DNA of 63,308 nt, filler included, from Olpidium bornovanus S191 (Eukaryota; Fungi; Olpidiomycota): the NCBI GenBank assembly GCA_017911155.1. It is 28 parts of 28 records of this genome, joined end to end, with 100 filler letters (N's around TTAATTAATTAA, not from the genome) between each part and the next. Parts side by side here need not be neighbours in the genome. Positions count along the whole stretch, not along the records: positions 52,119 to 55,892 come from JAEFCI010010948.1; positions 55,993 to 57,122 come from JAEFCI010012918.1; positions 57,223 to 58,389 come from JAEFCI010012890.1; positions 58,490 to 61,709 come from JAEFCI010006148.1; positions 61,810 to 63,308 come from JAEFCI010003502.1; 23 more parts are not named here. One strand, given 5' to 3'. The notes beneath the pieces are model-generated. The model saw only the letters and a list, made by a program, of their open reading frames with translations. It ran no database searches and was not told the DNA's origin. Of this stretch, positions 52,601 through 63,308 are shown one piece after another; the first letter of the stretch is position 1, and each line of letters begins with the position of its first letter. The position numbers were made by a program, and so were the translations under genes.

Positions 52601-55600
52601 GCGCGAACGGCCGCGAGGAAGTGGGGAGCGGCGAGGGGTGCCGCGGGCTGCCGGACGCTTTGAGACCGGCGGGACCGGCGGGACCGGCGGGAGGGGACGA
52701 CGCGGACGGCGGGCGCGCCGCGGCCCGTGCTTTTCCAACACAGACCCATGGCGGAGTTACACTTAGACGGGCCTCGACCATTGTCCCTCCCCTTCCCCCC
52801 CCCGCCCCCCTGGGAGGCTTCTGGGTCCCCAACGGGCAGCGTGTCGGCACGAACGCACACGCAAACACGACGCACCGCGACGAGATTCTCGTTCTGCTTC
52901 ATGGCGGCGGTCGATCACACCGGGGAGGGCTCTCCGTCAACACGGCAGGCGTCGAGAGGGCACGCGGCCGCGGGGAGAAAACCGGCTGAGGGCCGGGTCG
53001 CCGGGATGCTCCGAACCGGGAGCGGCAGAGTGGGTGGGGAAAGGGCGAGGGTGTGACCCCCATTCCGGGGACCCTCTCCGTCCGAACTCGCGGCGTCCGC
53101 TGTACCAACCAACTCTCACAGTTTAGGAGGAAACCCCCCCCCCCCCCCCACCGGGCAGCCCTGGCGAGATCATGCGTACGAAGAGGTCACCAGTTGGCCT
53201 CCGCGCTACCCGTACCAAGACCACGCTGTTCAGGGACGGCAACGGTTTATGCATCCGCGCACGTGATGCCACGGCGGGAAAGCGTTTTTCGACATTCCGT
53301 GAGCGCTTTCCGGCCGGTGCTGCTCCGACCTTTCCCCCCCCCCCAACCAACCAAAAAAAAAAAAAACAATTCGAATTTTTCACTCTACCACCCTACCCAC
53401 CATACGAACCCCTGGCCCTCAATCAACACCAGCGGGTCGGGCGATGCTTCTGAGAACGGCGCGCGCGTTTTACAGCCAAACCGGTCTAGTTTGGCTTGGC
53501 CATTGGCGAGCAGTCCCTTTTTTTTTTTTTTTTTTTGCCAGACATCCGCGCGAATGTGATGCGGGAAGTGTAAGCGATATCCCGAAAAGAAAGAGAAAAA
53601 AGAAAAATCAGAAGGCCGCAGGCGGGTCGACAACGAAAAGTCAGCTGAATGGCGGTTCGCCTGCCGGAGATCAGACCCGTCTACCAACGCGCCACTAGCC
53701 ACATACCGCCTGCCGCGGCAGTTAGTGTGGCGGTTATACGCCATCGGCGGCAGCCTTCTGACGGCGCACATGGTCCGTCCCCGCAGCCGCCCATCCTCCC
53801 CCGCCTCTGCTTTCCTATCCGGGAAGACCAACTGGCTGCGCCGGGGGCTGGGACGGTTTAACATGTGGCGCCTCGCAGCCAACCTCGCCGACCAGCAAAA
53901 GATCGAGCACGCTGCGGCGCTCCGCAATTGGCGTCGCCGCAAACCAAAACAAAACAAGCGCGCGCTTTGGGTGAGCGTGTGCGAGTACGTCTATGCCCGG
54001 GCGGCGTCGTCGCCTTATTTAGATAAGCTGTTAACTAATATTTAATCGGAGTAGTAGTTAAATGGTATCGAACCAATCTGAAACTGCATTACCGGTCAGC
54101 GCGGACGTAGCCGGGTGGAGAACTGGTTTGAACGGATTCTGCTGGAAGAACGCATTGGTCGCTTCCTGGAACGCCGCGGGCAAACCCCTCCGGTCCTTCT
54201 GACCTGCAGGACGAGTTCTGACGTCGACCCGGCACCCACGGGCGCGAGGAACAGCTCGGTCTCACAATGACCGGAGAGAGCTACTTCCCGCCAAAGGTAC
54301 ACTCTTCTCGGACTCTTGCTGCCGAATGCCCTCCACCCGTCATTTTACTTCCGTGCGGCAGCGACAGGAAATAAAATCGAACGCCCACTTCCGCGACTCC
54401 GCTGACCACAAACAAGAACGCGCCTGTCAAATGGTTTCTCGGCGTGAGACGGACTCGCCCCCGCCACCACCACTAAATACCAGTTGTCCAGCCGGAAAAG
54501 TAGCCGCTAGCAGTCAGTCGGAGCGTTCCTTCTTCCTCGGGCATTTAGCAAACAAGAGCAAACATTCCGCTCGCAAAAGTTGGCAAAATCTCCCGAGGAC
54601 GAATATCCTTTTTCCTTTGATTGCTGGGGGGAAATTATCATAAGATTCCCGCGCGCCAGGGGGACAAGAAACATCCGGCCCCCTCCCCATTTTCCCTCGG
54701 CCAGAAACGGTCGCCGCAAAGGCAGAAAACCAAAGGCTAAAAAAAAAAATCCAGTAAAACCCGCGTGTCCATTCTGCGCCGCCCCGAAGCCGCTCGCTCC
54801 CAGCCCGAACACGTTTCCGGGCGGAGCGGAAGGGGGGAAGAGGGAAGGGGGGGTGGAGGGTATGTGCGCGGGGAAGCTCTCTTTCTCAAAAAAAAAAAAA
54901 TCCCGCTTTCTCGTTCTCAAGCAAGCGGAGGAAAAAAATGCTTACGCAAACCAACGAGATTCGACTCCGCCCCAAGGGGGCGAAGGTTTGTGCAGAAAGG
55001 GAAGAAAGCAAGGGGAAGAAGTTCATTCCCCCCACCTTCCCACATACGCGCGCGCGCGCTTTCCCTCCTCGGAATCCTTTTCCGTGGTGATTATTACCCC
55101 CTGCAGAGGGGAAGGGGGTGGGGGAGAAGGGGAAGAGCGGGGGGGGGAGGGGGGAGAAACACACAGAAGCAAACGCGCCGCTTGTTGCCACTCCGCGAGC
55201 AAACGCCCCCGGGGGAACGCGCCCGATTTTGCGAAGAGCTTTTGAATTCGGGATCCGAATTTGTCAAACCGCATGACAGAGGAAAAGAGAGAAAGCGAGA
55301 CGGCGGGAGGTAAGGGGGGAGGGGGTAAAAAGCCAAAACGAAGGAGGAAAAAAAAAAGCGGAAAAGAATCAAAAAAGAAAAAGGAAGAAAAGCGAATCCC
55401 TCACCGGACTGCGCTTCTTTTCTTTTTCTTTTTTTGTTTCCTTTCACCTTTTTGCGCTCTACCACTCGAAAAGGTCGGCGACCCCGCCCCCGACGAGGTC
55501 CTCGGAGAGACGGAAAAAGTCGGGTCGGCCGATTTCGGACAGCCAGGCGTCTTGAGACGCCTGCTGGAAGTAGTCGTTTGCGTCGGCGGCCTCCGTGCCG

Positions 55601-55992
55601 CGGTCGGCTGGTGCGCCGCCGTCTGATCCGTCTGCCGGCCCGCGCTCTCCGACTTCGGGAGCGCCGGCGCTCCCTGCTCCATGCTCCGGCCGGTCGCCGA
55701 GGCTTTGCGCGGCCCCGCAGCCGGCATCCGCCGGTCGGGCGACGACCGCCGTCTCGGCGCCTACGCGGCAAGGGCGGCGGTCCTGCCGCGGCGACGGTTT
55801 CCGCTCAGCCCGGGGCGGGCTCCCCGACGCGTCCAGGGCCGCCCCGGGGGGCCGCCCGCGAGAAGCGGCCGGCGCCGGCGCGTCGCGGCGGGNNNNNNNN
55901 NNNNNNNNNNNNNNNNNNNNNNNNNNNNNNNNNNNNTTAATTAATTAANNNNNNNNNNNNNNNNNNNNNNNNNNNNNNNNNNNNNNNNNNNN

Positions 55993-57039
55993 CATGACTT
56001 CGCGCTTATGTTTCAAGTCCCATATGACGGTACATCCCGTGTTGGACGACGTGGCCAAAATGTGTTGAACCTGTCGGTTCCACCTGATGCTAATGAAATC
56101 GTCCTGCCTCATAGGCTTTGATGAGGCGGGAGCGTACGGTTGCGAGGGATTAACCAAGTCCCAGATGTATATCTGGCAGGAGAGCCCAAGCGCGGCGACG
56201 CGTCGACCATCGGTTAGCCGACAAGTTTCAGCAGCGTCCTCAAAATCCAACCACGTTGCCGCAGGCAAACGGAAATGCACCAGAAGTGCACAGCGACGCA
56301 GGCCAAGAAACGAAAAAAAAATTCGCCAGAGACCGACCTCGCCGTTGCCAGCGGCAGATGCCAACAGATTCACTTGCACAGGGTTGAAGTCTACGGCGCG
56401 GACAGGGCCTGCATGCGTGGTGTTGCGGAGAACGAGGCACTCGTCTGCTCTGTGGCGAGTGCAAGCATCGGCCAGCAAAATCGTCACCGGCTGCCACGCC
56501 ACGACCTAATCCAGCTGCCCAATAACCCGCTCGCACGCAACTGCTCACCCTTTGCCTGCCAGAATTGCTTCCGGGTCCCAGAAATCCAGCTCGCCGTTCT
56601 CCATTGCCCCGGCTATCACGCCATACTGCCGGTCGCCGCCGACGTATCCCCAGGCAAGTTGATTGAACCTGCGGCGTGCAAAGGGTGGTGGGGGGTGGAA
56701 GGGGAGCCGGTCAGCAGGCGGACTGCCCGAGCGCCCGGATAGAGCTTTCACGGGGCGGTGTAAAAAGCGGATTAAGGCCGGAGGTGAGGGGGAAAAGGGG
56801 GGAAGGGGGGGGGGGGGACCGCCGCACCTTGCGTTGCTGGAGACCTTTGCCGCCGGACTGCTGACCTCCTGGTGTTCGACGCCCTTGTTTTCGAGCGCGA
56901 GGCTGAACAGCTCAAGGTCCGTGGTGTTGGAGAAGGAGGCGTCCATGGCGCCCGCCACGGTGCCGGTCGCGATGACCGGCAAGTGGTGGGCCGGCGACCA
57001 GGCGAGCGTGGCGTTCCTGGGGATGACCTTTAGCCTCAT
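55993..57039 (-). CDS. SEC31: COPII coat WD40 protein Sec31, N-terminal part
   Basis: MRLKVIPRNATLAWSP..IATGTVAGAMDASFSNTTDLELF, FNQLAWG..GVIAGAMENGELDFWDP, HAGPVRAVDFNP..NLLASAAGNGE, IYIWDL, WNRQVQHILATSS..TVIWDLKHKREVM. Confidence 0.96.
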
Positions 57040-57400
57040 GGCGCCGACTGCCGCCGCCGCTGCCCCGGCAAGAGGTTAAGGGAAAAGACGGGCGTGGGGA
57101 GGAAAAGGGCGGGGCGGGGGGGNNNNNNNNNNNNNNNNNNNNNNNNNNNNNNNNNNNNNNNNNNNNTTAATTAATTAANNNNNNNNNNNNNNNNNNNNNN
57201 NNNNNNNNNNNNNNNNNNNNNNCATGTACAAGGTCGCAGGGCCGCCAAACAACGTGCGGTGCTCGGATTTCTCCGAGAGGTGCGGACCAGCCCACCCACC
57301 CCCCTCCCTTTCATCAATTTTCGCAGTCTTTTGGCTCAATTTGGTAAACGGCGGAAACTTTGCGGGAAAAACCGTTTCTTTTTGGTGCAATCGCGGCCAG

Positions 57401-58080
57401 CTTACCTATTGGCGACCTGCTCGGAGAACTTTCGGCCCTCCGGGTCAACGCGTCACGGTGCGAAACGCGGGCGGCCGCCGTCGGGAGAACTCGCGGCCCC
57501 TTGGCCGCGCCGCCGCCGTTCCTGGCGGAAATCAGAGCGCTCACGCACGTCCCAATTGTCGGCGACTTTTCCGCCTACCGGGACGGAAGACTACGGGTCG
57601 TTTTCGAGGACTGTTGCGTGCTGGACCTGTTCCCCGCGTTCGACCGGAACCCTCCCGGTCCCCTCTCTGCCGGAGGCCCAGCTGGAGATTGGCGGTGGAG
57701 GCTCGTTCACCGTGACGGGACCGTGGCAGTAACCAGGTTCGAGAACCCCGTGGGGATGGAGAGGTGCGTTAAGCTGGTGGCTCTCTTTTTGTTTCCCCGG
57801 CTGGGGCCCGTTTCTGGCTCTGACGCGCCTCCCCCTCCCTCCCTCCGCCTTTTTCTTTGCGGCTTCCCCCCCTCCTCCCGTATGCCCCCCTTACCAACTC
57901 TTCCCGTACACCACGAGGTGTTCCTTGGGCAGATACGTCGCCTTCGCCCTCGAGTTCCTCAGGTGGGTGAATTCGACCCGGGAGGACAGGGACGAGGCCG
58001 CTCGCGCGGCCTCGGCCTTGGAGGAGAAGCTGGCGAAGCTGAAGTTGCGCAACCAATATTTTCTTTTTGTTGCCCGGTGA
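57401..58080 (+). CDS. C5orf34-like (DUF4520-like) protein, C-terminal part
   Basis: GDFSAYRDGRLRVVFEDCCVLDL..WRWRLVHRDGT..RFENPVGME joined across intron 57764-57932 to RYVAFALEFLRW. This parallels the C5orf34 C-terminal pattern (F.AY.D.RV..xFxD...L; W.KL..PDG..IEHP..YERYV), recalled rather than searched. Confidence 0.55.
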
Positions 58081-60094
58081 ATAAAAAGACGAGGGCGGCC
58101 TATGGTGCGGTCAGCTTAAGCTCATATCGAAATACATCGATTCATTGGGGAGTGGGGCAGAAGGGCTTCTAATCGGTTTTGAAAGGCGCTGAGGGAAGTT
58201 GAACTTTTTTCACAGCTCGTTCACTTTCCTTCCCGTTCATCACATTATAATATGCCCCAGTATAGCACCATGCCTTTCTGCTGTACCATCTAATCTCAGC
58301 AACCGGAATGCCATCCAGAATTTACTGGGCTCCGTCACAAGGTGCCTTGAGGGAGTGGTCGCACTGTTGGCGTACGATGCTTTTGTCCGNNNNNNNNNNN
58401 NNNNNNNNNNNNNNNNNNNNNNNNNNNNNNNNNTTAATTAATTAANNNNNNNNNNNNNNNNNNNNNNNNNNNNNNNNNNNNNNNNNNNNACGCTCTACGG
58501 TCACGTGATCAAAGATGCCAAGACCAGGAGGGGAGCTCCCCTTGGATCTCTTCCTCCCGCCGTCAAACGCAAACAACGGAAGGGAAAAGGAGAGGAAGGA
58601 AGACGGAACGAAGAAGCTTTCTGCAACAAATAACGACCCCAACCCGGCAACCCCTTTGACTTTTAGCGGGGTTTCTTTCCCCTTGTGGGTTATTTTCTAC
58701 CAGGGAAAAAAAGGGGAGCATGTCAACAACCTCCACGTGGTGCTCCCTCGGCGGCAGACTCTGCCCATGCAGGGCCCATGCAGGGCCTAAACTTCGACGT
58801 TCCGGAGGAAAATGCCATCGACTTTAAAACTTTCTAACTTTCCTTTCTGCACTTTCTGAACGCGTCTTTCAAATGTGTAACAATATTTTTTTAAATATAT
58901 CAATACTTAGGGAAAATCAGCACAGAGGGCTGCAATACTATACAGGATCTCAATCCTAGATCCTGATTTCTCGAGCGAGGTTTGTTATGCATACTACAGA
59001 TTGCACTCTTTGATGACGTGATCGAACTTCCCATTGGCCTTGGTGGGCGTAGCATCCGTAGGCGTGTCTTTTCGGTCCCAGATGCAAACACCCGCGAACA
59101 AGAGGGAAAAGAGCTTTGTTCCCCATCTCCTGCGGGTTGTTTGACTTTGTCCGTTGGCGTTCATCCCACAAACAATAGGATATCCGCCTGAAGTATTTAA
59201 AAGAACACGTCAGCGGCACGTTGTCCCCGGCCTCGACGGAAAGATCAACGCCACTTGTCACGCCTGGTCTGGTAAGCAAACAAGCTCTTGGGTACGACGC
59301 GGGCACCTGACACCCGGGTTGCATAGGGCGGGCGGCGCAACCTCGACCGCGCGATTCCATTTACAGAGCTTGTCAGCTCGGTAACTTAATCTTGAGCGAC
59401 GGGCTAATCCCGCCTGTGCGGTCAAAACGCGACCTTCGGTCACCGCCGAGAACCTCGTCGCGGCGAAAGCGAAATCCAGCACGGAGCCGGGTCTGGGTCG
59501 CGATGGAGTTGAGCTCGGCTGCATGAGTAACCCCGAGGAAGGGCGACTTTTCAGGATCCTTGCACAGGTATAACCGAACTCGAAGGAGGGCCGCAATAAT
59601 GCGAATGACCTTCAGCTCAACCTGGAAAGGGAGGGTGGCATGTGAATGCGGAAGCCCTCAGCCGGCTGGGAGGTCGCGTAATCATAAGCGCTTGTGGTTT
59701 CCTGAGGCATGCAACTCGCTATCAGCACCATTTTCTTTTAAGTTTGGTTTGGTTATTGGTTTGAAGAGATTCATTGCCGTTCAGATAAGTTCCGCCAACT
59801 GCAGTGGTTACACAAATGAGCCCACGATCGCTTGATCACCACAAAAGACGTGAAACTCTCGCTCTCGGCAAGAGGTTTCCCGCCGTCCTACGGGCGCCCG
59901 CTGCAGAGCCCGAATGCCGCATCTTTGAGTACAAAAACACGGTGTAACAGGAAACCAGCGAAAGATTGTGCTGTACTGGGCCCAAGGTGTCCTCTCGATC
60001 AAGGGGAATCAACTGCCGCCCAACAATTGCCCCACAAATGCAAATTAATTCCTTCTCTTGGTTTTGATTTCGCACGTTTCTCCAGGTACCGCCG

Positions 60095-61709
60095 TCAGAA
60101 TTTGAAACAAGACGAGGTGGAGTTTAAACCATCGAAAATGCAGGTATTGTTGACGGGGACGTACTGTCGCGTTATCACCTTGATGACCTCTTGAGCCGCT
60201 ATGCCGCCCATTAGCGCCGCGACCACGTGCAGCTCCGAGTTCCCAGCGCGGCACCTTATTACGGGTTCAGCATGGCCAATGTTTTCGAGAGATTAGCACG
60301 CGGAGAGGCAAACGGGGCGCGGAAACCCGCGACGAGAGAAGCCAATGAAACCATGGCACAAAAAAATATCACGCCCTCACATTTCCCGCACGTGCTCGTC
60401 CGCAACGGCCGATGCCGGCACGCCCCAGCCTGCGAGAACGCACGCGACGCACTCCTTCAAGATCGGAAAATCGCTCTCCTCCTCGTCGTCATCGACGCCT
60501 AAAGGAGAGGAAATAATCAGAAAACAAAAGAAAGTAAGGTGACGAACGAAACACAAACAAACGGTCGCTGTTTTCGTGAGGTGCCAGGTATAATCCCGGC
60601 CCAAGCGCTGGAACAAAGCACGTACCGGGGTACCGTCGAAGCTTCGCATAGAACACGTCGGCAGCCCGGAACAGCACGTATTGAACGGCGACCAGATCTC
60701 CGTCGTCGAGCATGCGGCCTTGAGCAGGAGATCGGCAATATCCGACGGTCACCTCCATGGCCCATAATTTACGAGAGAAGCCGAACGCTACCACACAACG
60801 CTTTGGGGAAAAAGGCTAAAATTCTTACCAATCTCTTTTCCTCTGTGGGTGCCCTCCCTGTCAGAGTACTCTTCCGCGAGGGACCGGTATCGCATGACCT
60901 TGAGCACGGCGGCATGCTTGCAAAACATTTCCACCTCATCCATAGGAATTGAGTCCCGCGGCCTCCCCAGGGTCTCGAGCAGTCCAAAAACGTGATTCAT
61001 CACAGCGGCAGCGTCATCCCTCGCCTTCTGTTTGTACCTTCAGGTGCCGACCGAGCAGGAAACGAGGGCGTCGCAAGGTCGAACAAGCAGGCGAAGAAGG
61101 TACCATGGTTTTTAGCCAGCCCAGACGTGCTGCCTGCCGCGAAGCGTGATACTCACACGTTTTGTAGCCGAATAAATCTATCCGTGTCCGCCTTCATGTC
61201 CGGCAGCCCGCCCGGCAAAGGCAGCAGCCCCTCACCCTCCTCGGCGACAAAGTCTCGTATGGCCCGCACAATGATCCAGAAGTTCGTTGACTAGGACCGG
61301 AATGTCGCACAATGAGCCTTATTCCGGCGTCAGAACCTGAACGCAAATAATGGCAAGCAAGCCCGGCAGGAGAAGGCCTGGAAACGTAGCCTACCTTTTC
61401 GTCCAAGCGAGTGCACTTCGCATCTGCAAAAATCTCGCGGACCTCCAAAGGCACCTTTGTCTTGGAGCAAACGCGGAGCACGGAGGCCGCGGCCTCCTCG
61501 AAGTTATCATCATCAGCAGACCGCGCACCAGACCGGATGAGGTTTCGGAACTCCTCCTTTTCCGAATATGTGGTGGGCATGCGTCCGCCATGCTGCCGAT
61601 GATGTGGAGATTTACTTCATCGTACGCAAGTTAGAAAACGGTAAGGCAAAGTTGGGACGAAACGCAATTACTTCTTGTGCCCAATTCTGGAGGTACTTGT
61701 ACAATATTA
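60095..61709 (-). CDS. NAE1: NEDD8-activating enzyme E1 regulatory subunit (NAE1/APP-BP1/Ula1), C-terminal part
   Basis: ILYKYLQNW, MPTTYSEKEEF..DNFEEA, FWIIVRAIRDFV..LLPLPGGLPDMKADT..FIRLQ, EVEMFCKHAA, YVLFRAADVFY, and ELHVVAALMGGIAAQEVIKVITRQYVPVNNTCIFDG..F* (stop 60097-60095). Confidence 0.95.
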
Positions 61710-61919
61710 NNNNNNNNNNNNNNNNNNNNNNNNNNNNNNNNNNNNNNNNNNNNTTAATTAATTAANNNNNNNNNNNNNNNNNNNNNNNNNNNNNNNNNNN
61801 NNNNNNNNNCATGGGTACAAGCACTGGCCTTGGATGGATTCGTGCGATCTTTAATTTGTCAGAAGTAGTCAAAGGTATGTCCGCTTCGTTTCGCCCGCAT
61901 CCCGTTGGCCATTGCCCAC

Positions 61920-62838
61920 CTCCCGTAATTATCCATCGTTGCAGATTCCAGCTGCATAACGATTTGTCTCACGATGAAACCGTTCCTCTTTTGCATCAAT
62001 CGGTACAACAATGTTTGCGTGTAGAGATAGGTGTGCTCGTGCTGGCCGCACAAATTCTGCAGGCACAGCGCGGGGCGGAGTCCTCCTGAGCTGACCGCCG
62101 ACGAACGCCACCGGACGGCATTAATGAGACGCCAAACGCACCACTAATTCTGCCAACGCTTTAGGTCGGCCGTCCGCATTTCGCGTCTCGAGAAGTGTTT
62201 CGACCAGGAAGTTTCGGAAAACATCAACGTAATTCGAACCTTGAGTTGTTGCGACGATTTCTTTCTGGTAGCCGCTCTGATGAACCAGCTTCAGGTGGGA
62301 ACCGGCAGAGATAGTGAGCCGTTGCACTGTGTTCCAGCCAAATTATGCATGCCCGGAATTGCAACCCTTGCAAACCTCTATCGCGTGCTTGAGGAAGTCG
62401 CAATCCGGGTGTTCCTCAGAGAGTTGGTAGATAGCTTGCCGCCAGAACGGGAACTCTATAAGACTTGCCAAGGCGTCGGACCCGATCTGTATGACACCAT
62501 CATCCACGCTTCAGCTCCGAGGGCAATCCGTAGAACAACGTGTTGCAACGCGACGCCATGTGCAAAACAGTGTCCACCTTTGAAGCCGCGAACGACGCGT
62601 CCACCACGGCCGGGTTCCAACTTCGGACAAGCAGCTCTCTGATCGCGCGCTCCATTTCTCCCCGGCCCCCGCCGTCCTCGCCCTGCTCGAACTCGTCCAG
62701 CCAGGAGCACACTTCGTTTGCCAGTTCTGCCAGCCTCTCCGGCGCTGCTGCTTCCGCCTCTGCTGCCTCCCGTTGTTTTCCGGTGGCGTTTGGCGAGCCG
62801 GCCGTTTGGTTTGCCTGCCGCTCGACCCGCGAGTCCAT
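61920..62838 (-). CDS. NELFCD: Negative elongation factor C/D (TH1-like) homologue, partial
   Basis: Exons 62838-62578, 62486-62376, 62288-62142 and 62056-61920 join in frame. They give NEVCSWL..RELLVRSWNPAVVDASF..LIEFPFWRQAIYQLSEEHPDCDFL..IELVHQSGYQKEI..DVFRNFL..LCGQHEHTYLYTQ, colinear with TH1L motifs (WL, HFDP..DSIF, WR..Y.LAE.HPDC..L, LISDAGYQGEI, EHTYLFAQ). The 5' end is uncertain. Confidence 0.85.
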
Positions 62839-63308
62839 TTCGGGAGGCGACCTTCGGGCAACGGGGATCAGGCGCTTCGCGAAAAGGCGCTCGAGCGCTG
62901 AGGGTTTTTAGCTGGCGTTGCCGCGTTTCTGGCCGCCCCGCACCGCCCGCCACCCGTGCCGCGCCGCGCCGCGCCGTCCGCGCAGTCGGAAATTTCTGCC
63001 CCGCGCGCACTCCGCTGCGTCAGGCGCTGCCCGGCGGACTCCGGCACTGCCGGACGTCTCAATTAGCTGTCGCCGCCTGCCAGCACACCCTCGAGGTTGG
63101 GCAGGGAGGCTCACGTCTGCCGGCAAATTGTCAACAAACCTCGTTCAAGACCCCATTTTCACGATCGACAGCATGTTTTCTCTTTGCTCATGTACCCTTA
63201 CACGAACGCCTCTGCCAGATGCCGCTGTGGCGGAAAACCGTGCTTCTAGCTCTGGCGAGGTTGCTGCGTGAGCTATACGTGATGACGTGAACCGTCTATG
63301 CCACGCGA

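Noticed and set aside
53725-54270. Possible small spliced gene (..RKPKQNKRALW / RGRSRVENWFERILLEERIGRFL..)
   Set aside because: The splice phases are compatible but no family was recognised. ENWFER is not a convincing NWE ciliary motif, so it was not listed as a feature.

Overview
This window is not a contiguous genomic region. It is a pseudo-scaffold of 28 short contigs (about 1.1-5.6 kb) joined by 27 identical 100-bp linkers (44 N + TTAATTAATTAA + 44 N), so adjacency across linkers carries no information. The DNA is eukaryotic, GC-rich, intron-rich and full of homopolymers. The gene set (Rax1-like, FHIP, Srk1/Rck2-like, plus NELF-C/D and a C5orf34-like gene) points to an early-diverging, non-Dikarya fungus (inference). 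Recognisable partial genes: CaMKK-type kinase, coiled-coil/RING protein, NUP98-96, Srk1/Rck2-like kinase, FHIP/FAM160, PB1-like protein, HMG-box protein, PMS1, ArgJ/ARG7, CDH1/FZR1, SelO/FMP40, RAX1-like, SEC31, DUF4520-like, NAE1/ULA1 and NELF-C/D. Mobile DNA: two Ty1/copia fragments, a DIRS-type RT pseudogene back-to-back with a non-LTR ORF1-like frame, and a weak gypsy integrase remnant. The best candidate for an undescribed system is at 17934-18998. There, one uninterrupted reading frame joins a DIRS-type N6-adenine methyltransferase-like domain (DLFAS...NPPF) to a Ty3/gypsy-type HHCC + DDE integrase, although DIRS elements normally use a tyrosine recombinase. All family assignments come from motif recognition by eye; no searches were run. 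No rRNA, tRNA or CRISPR array was recognised.
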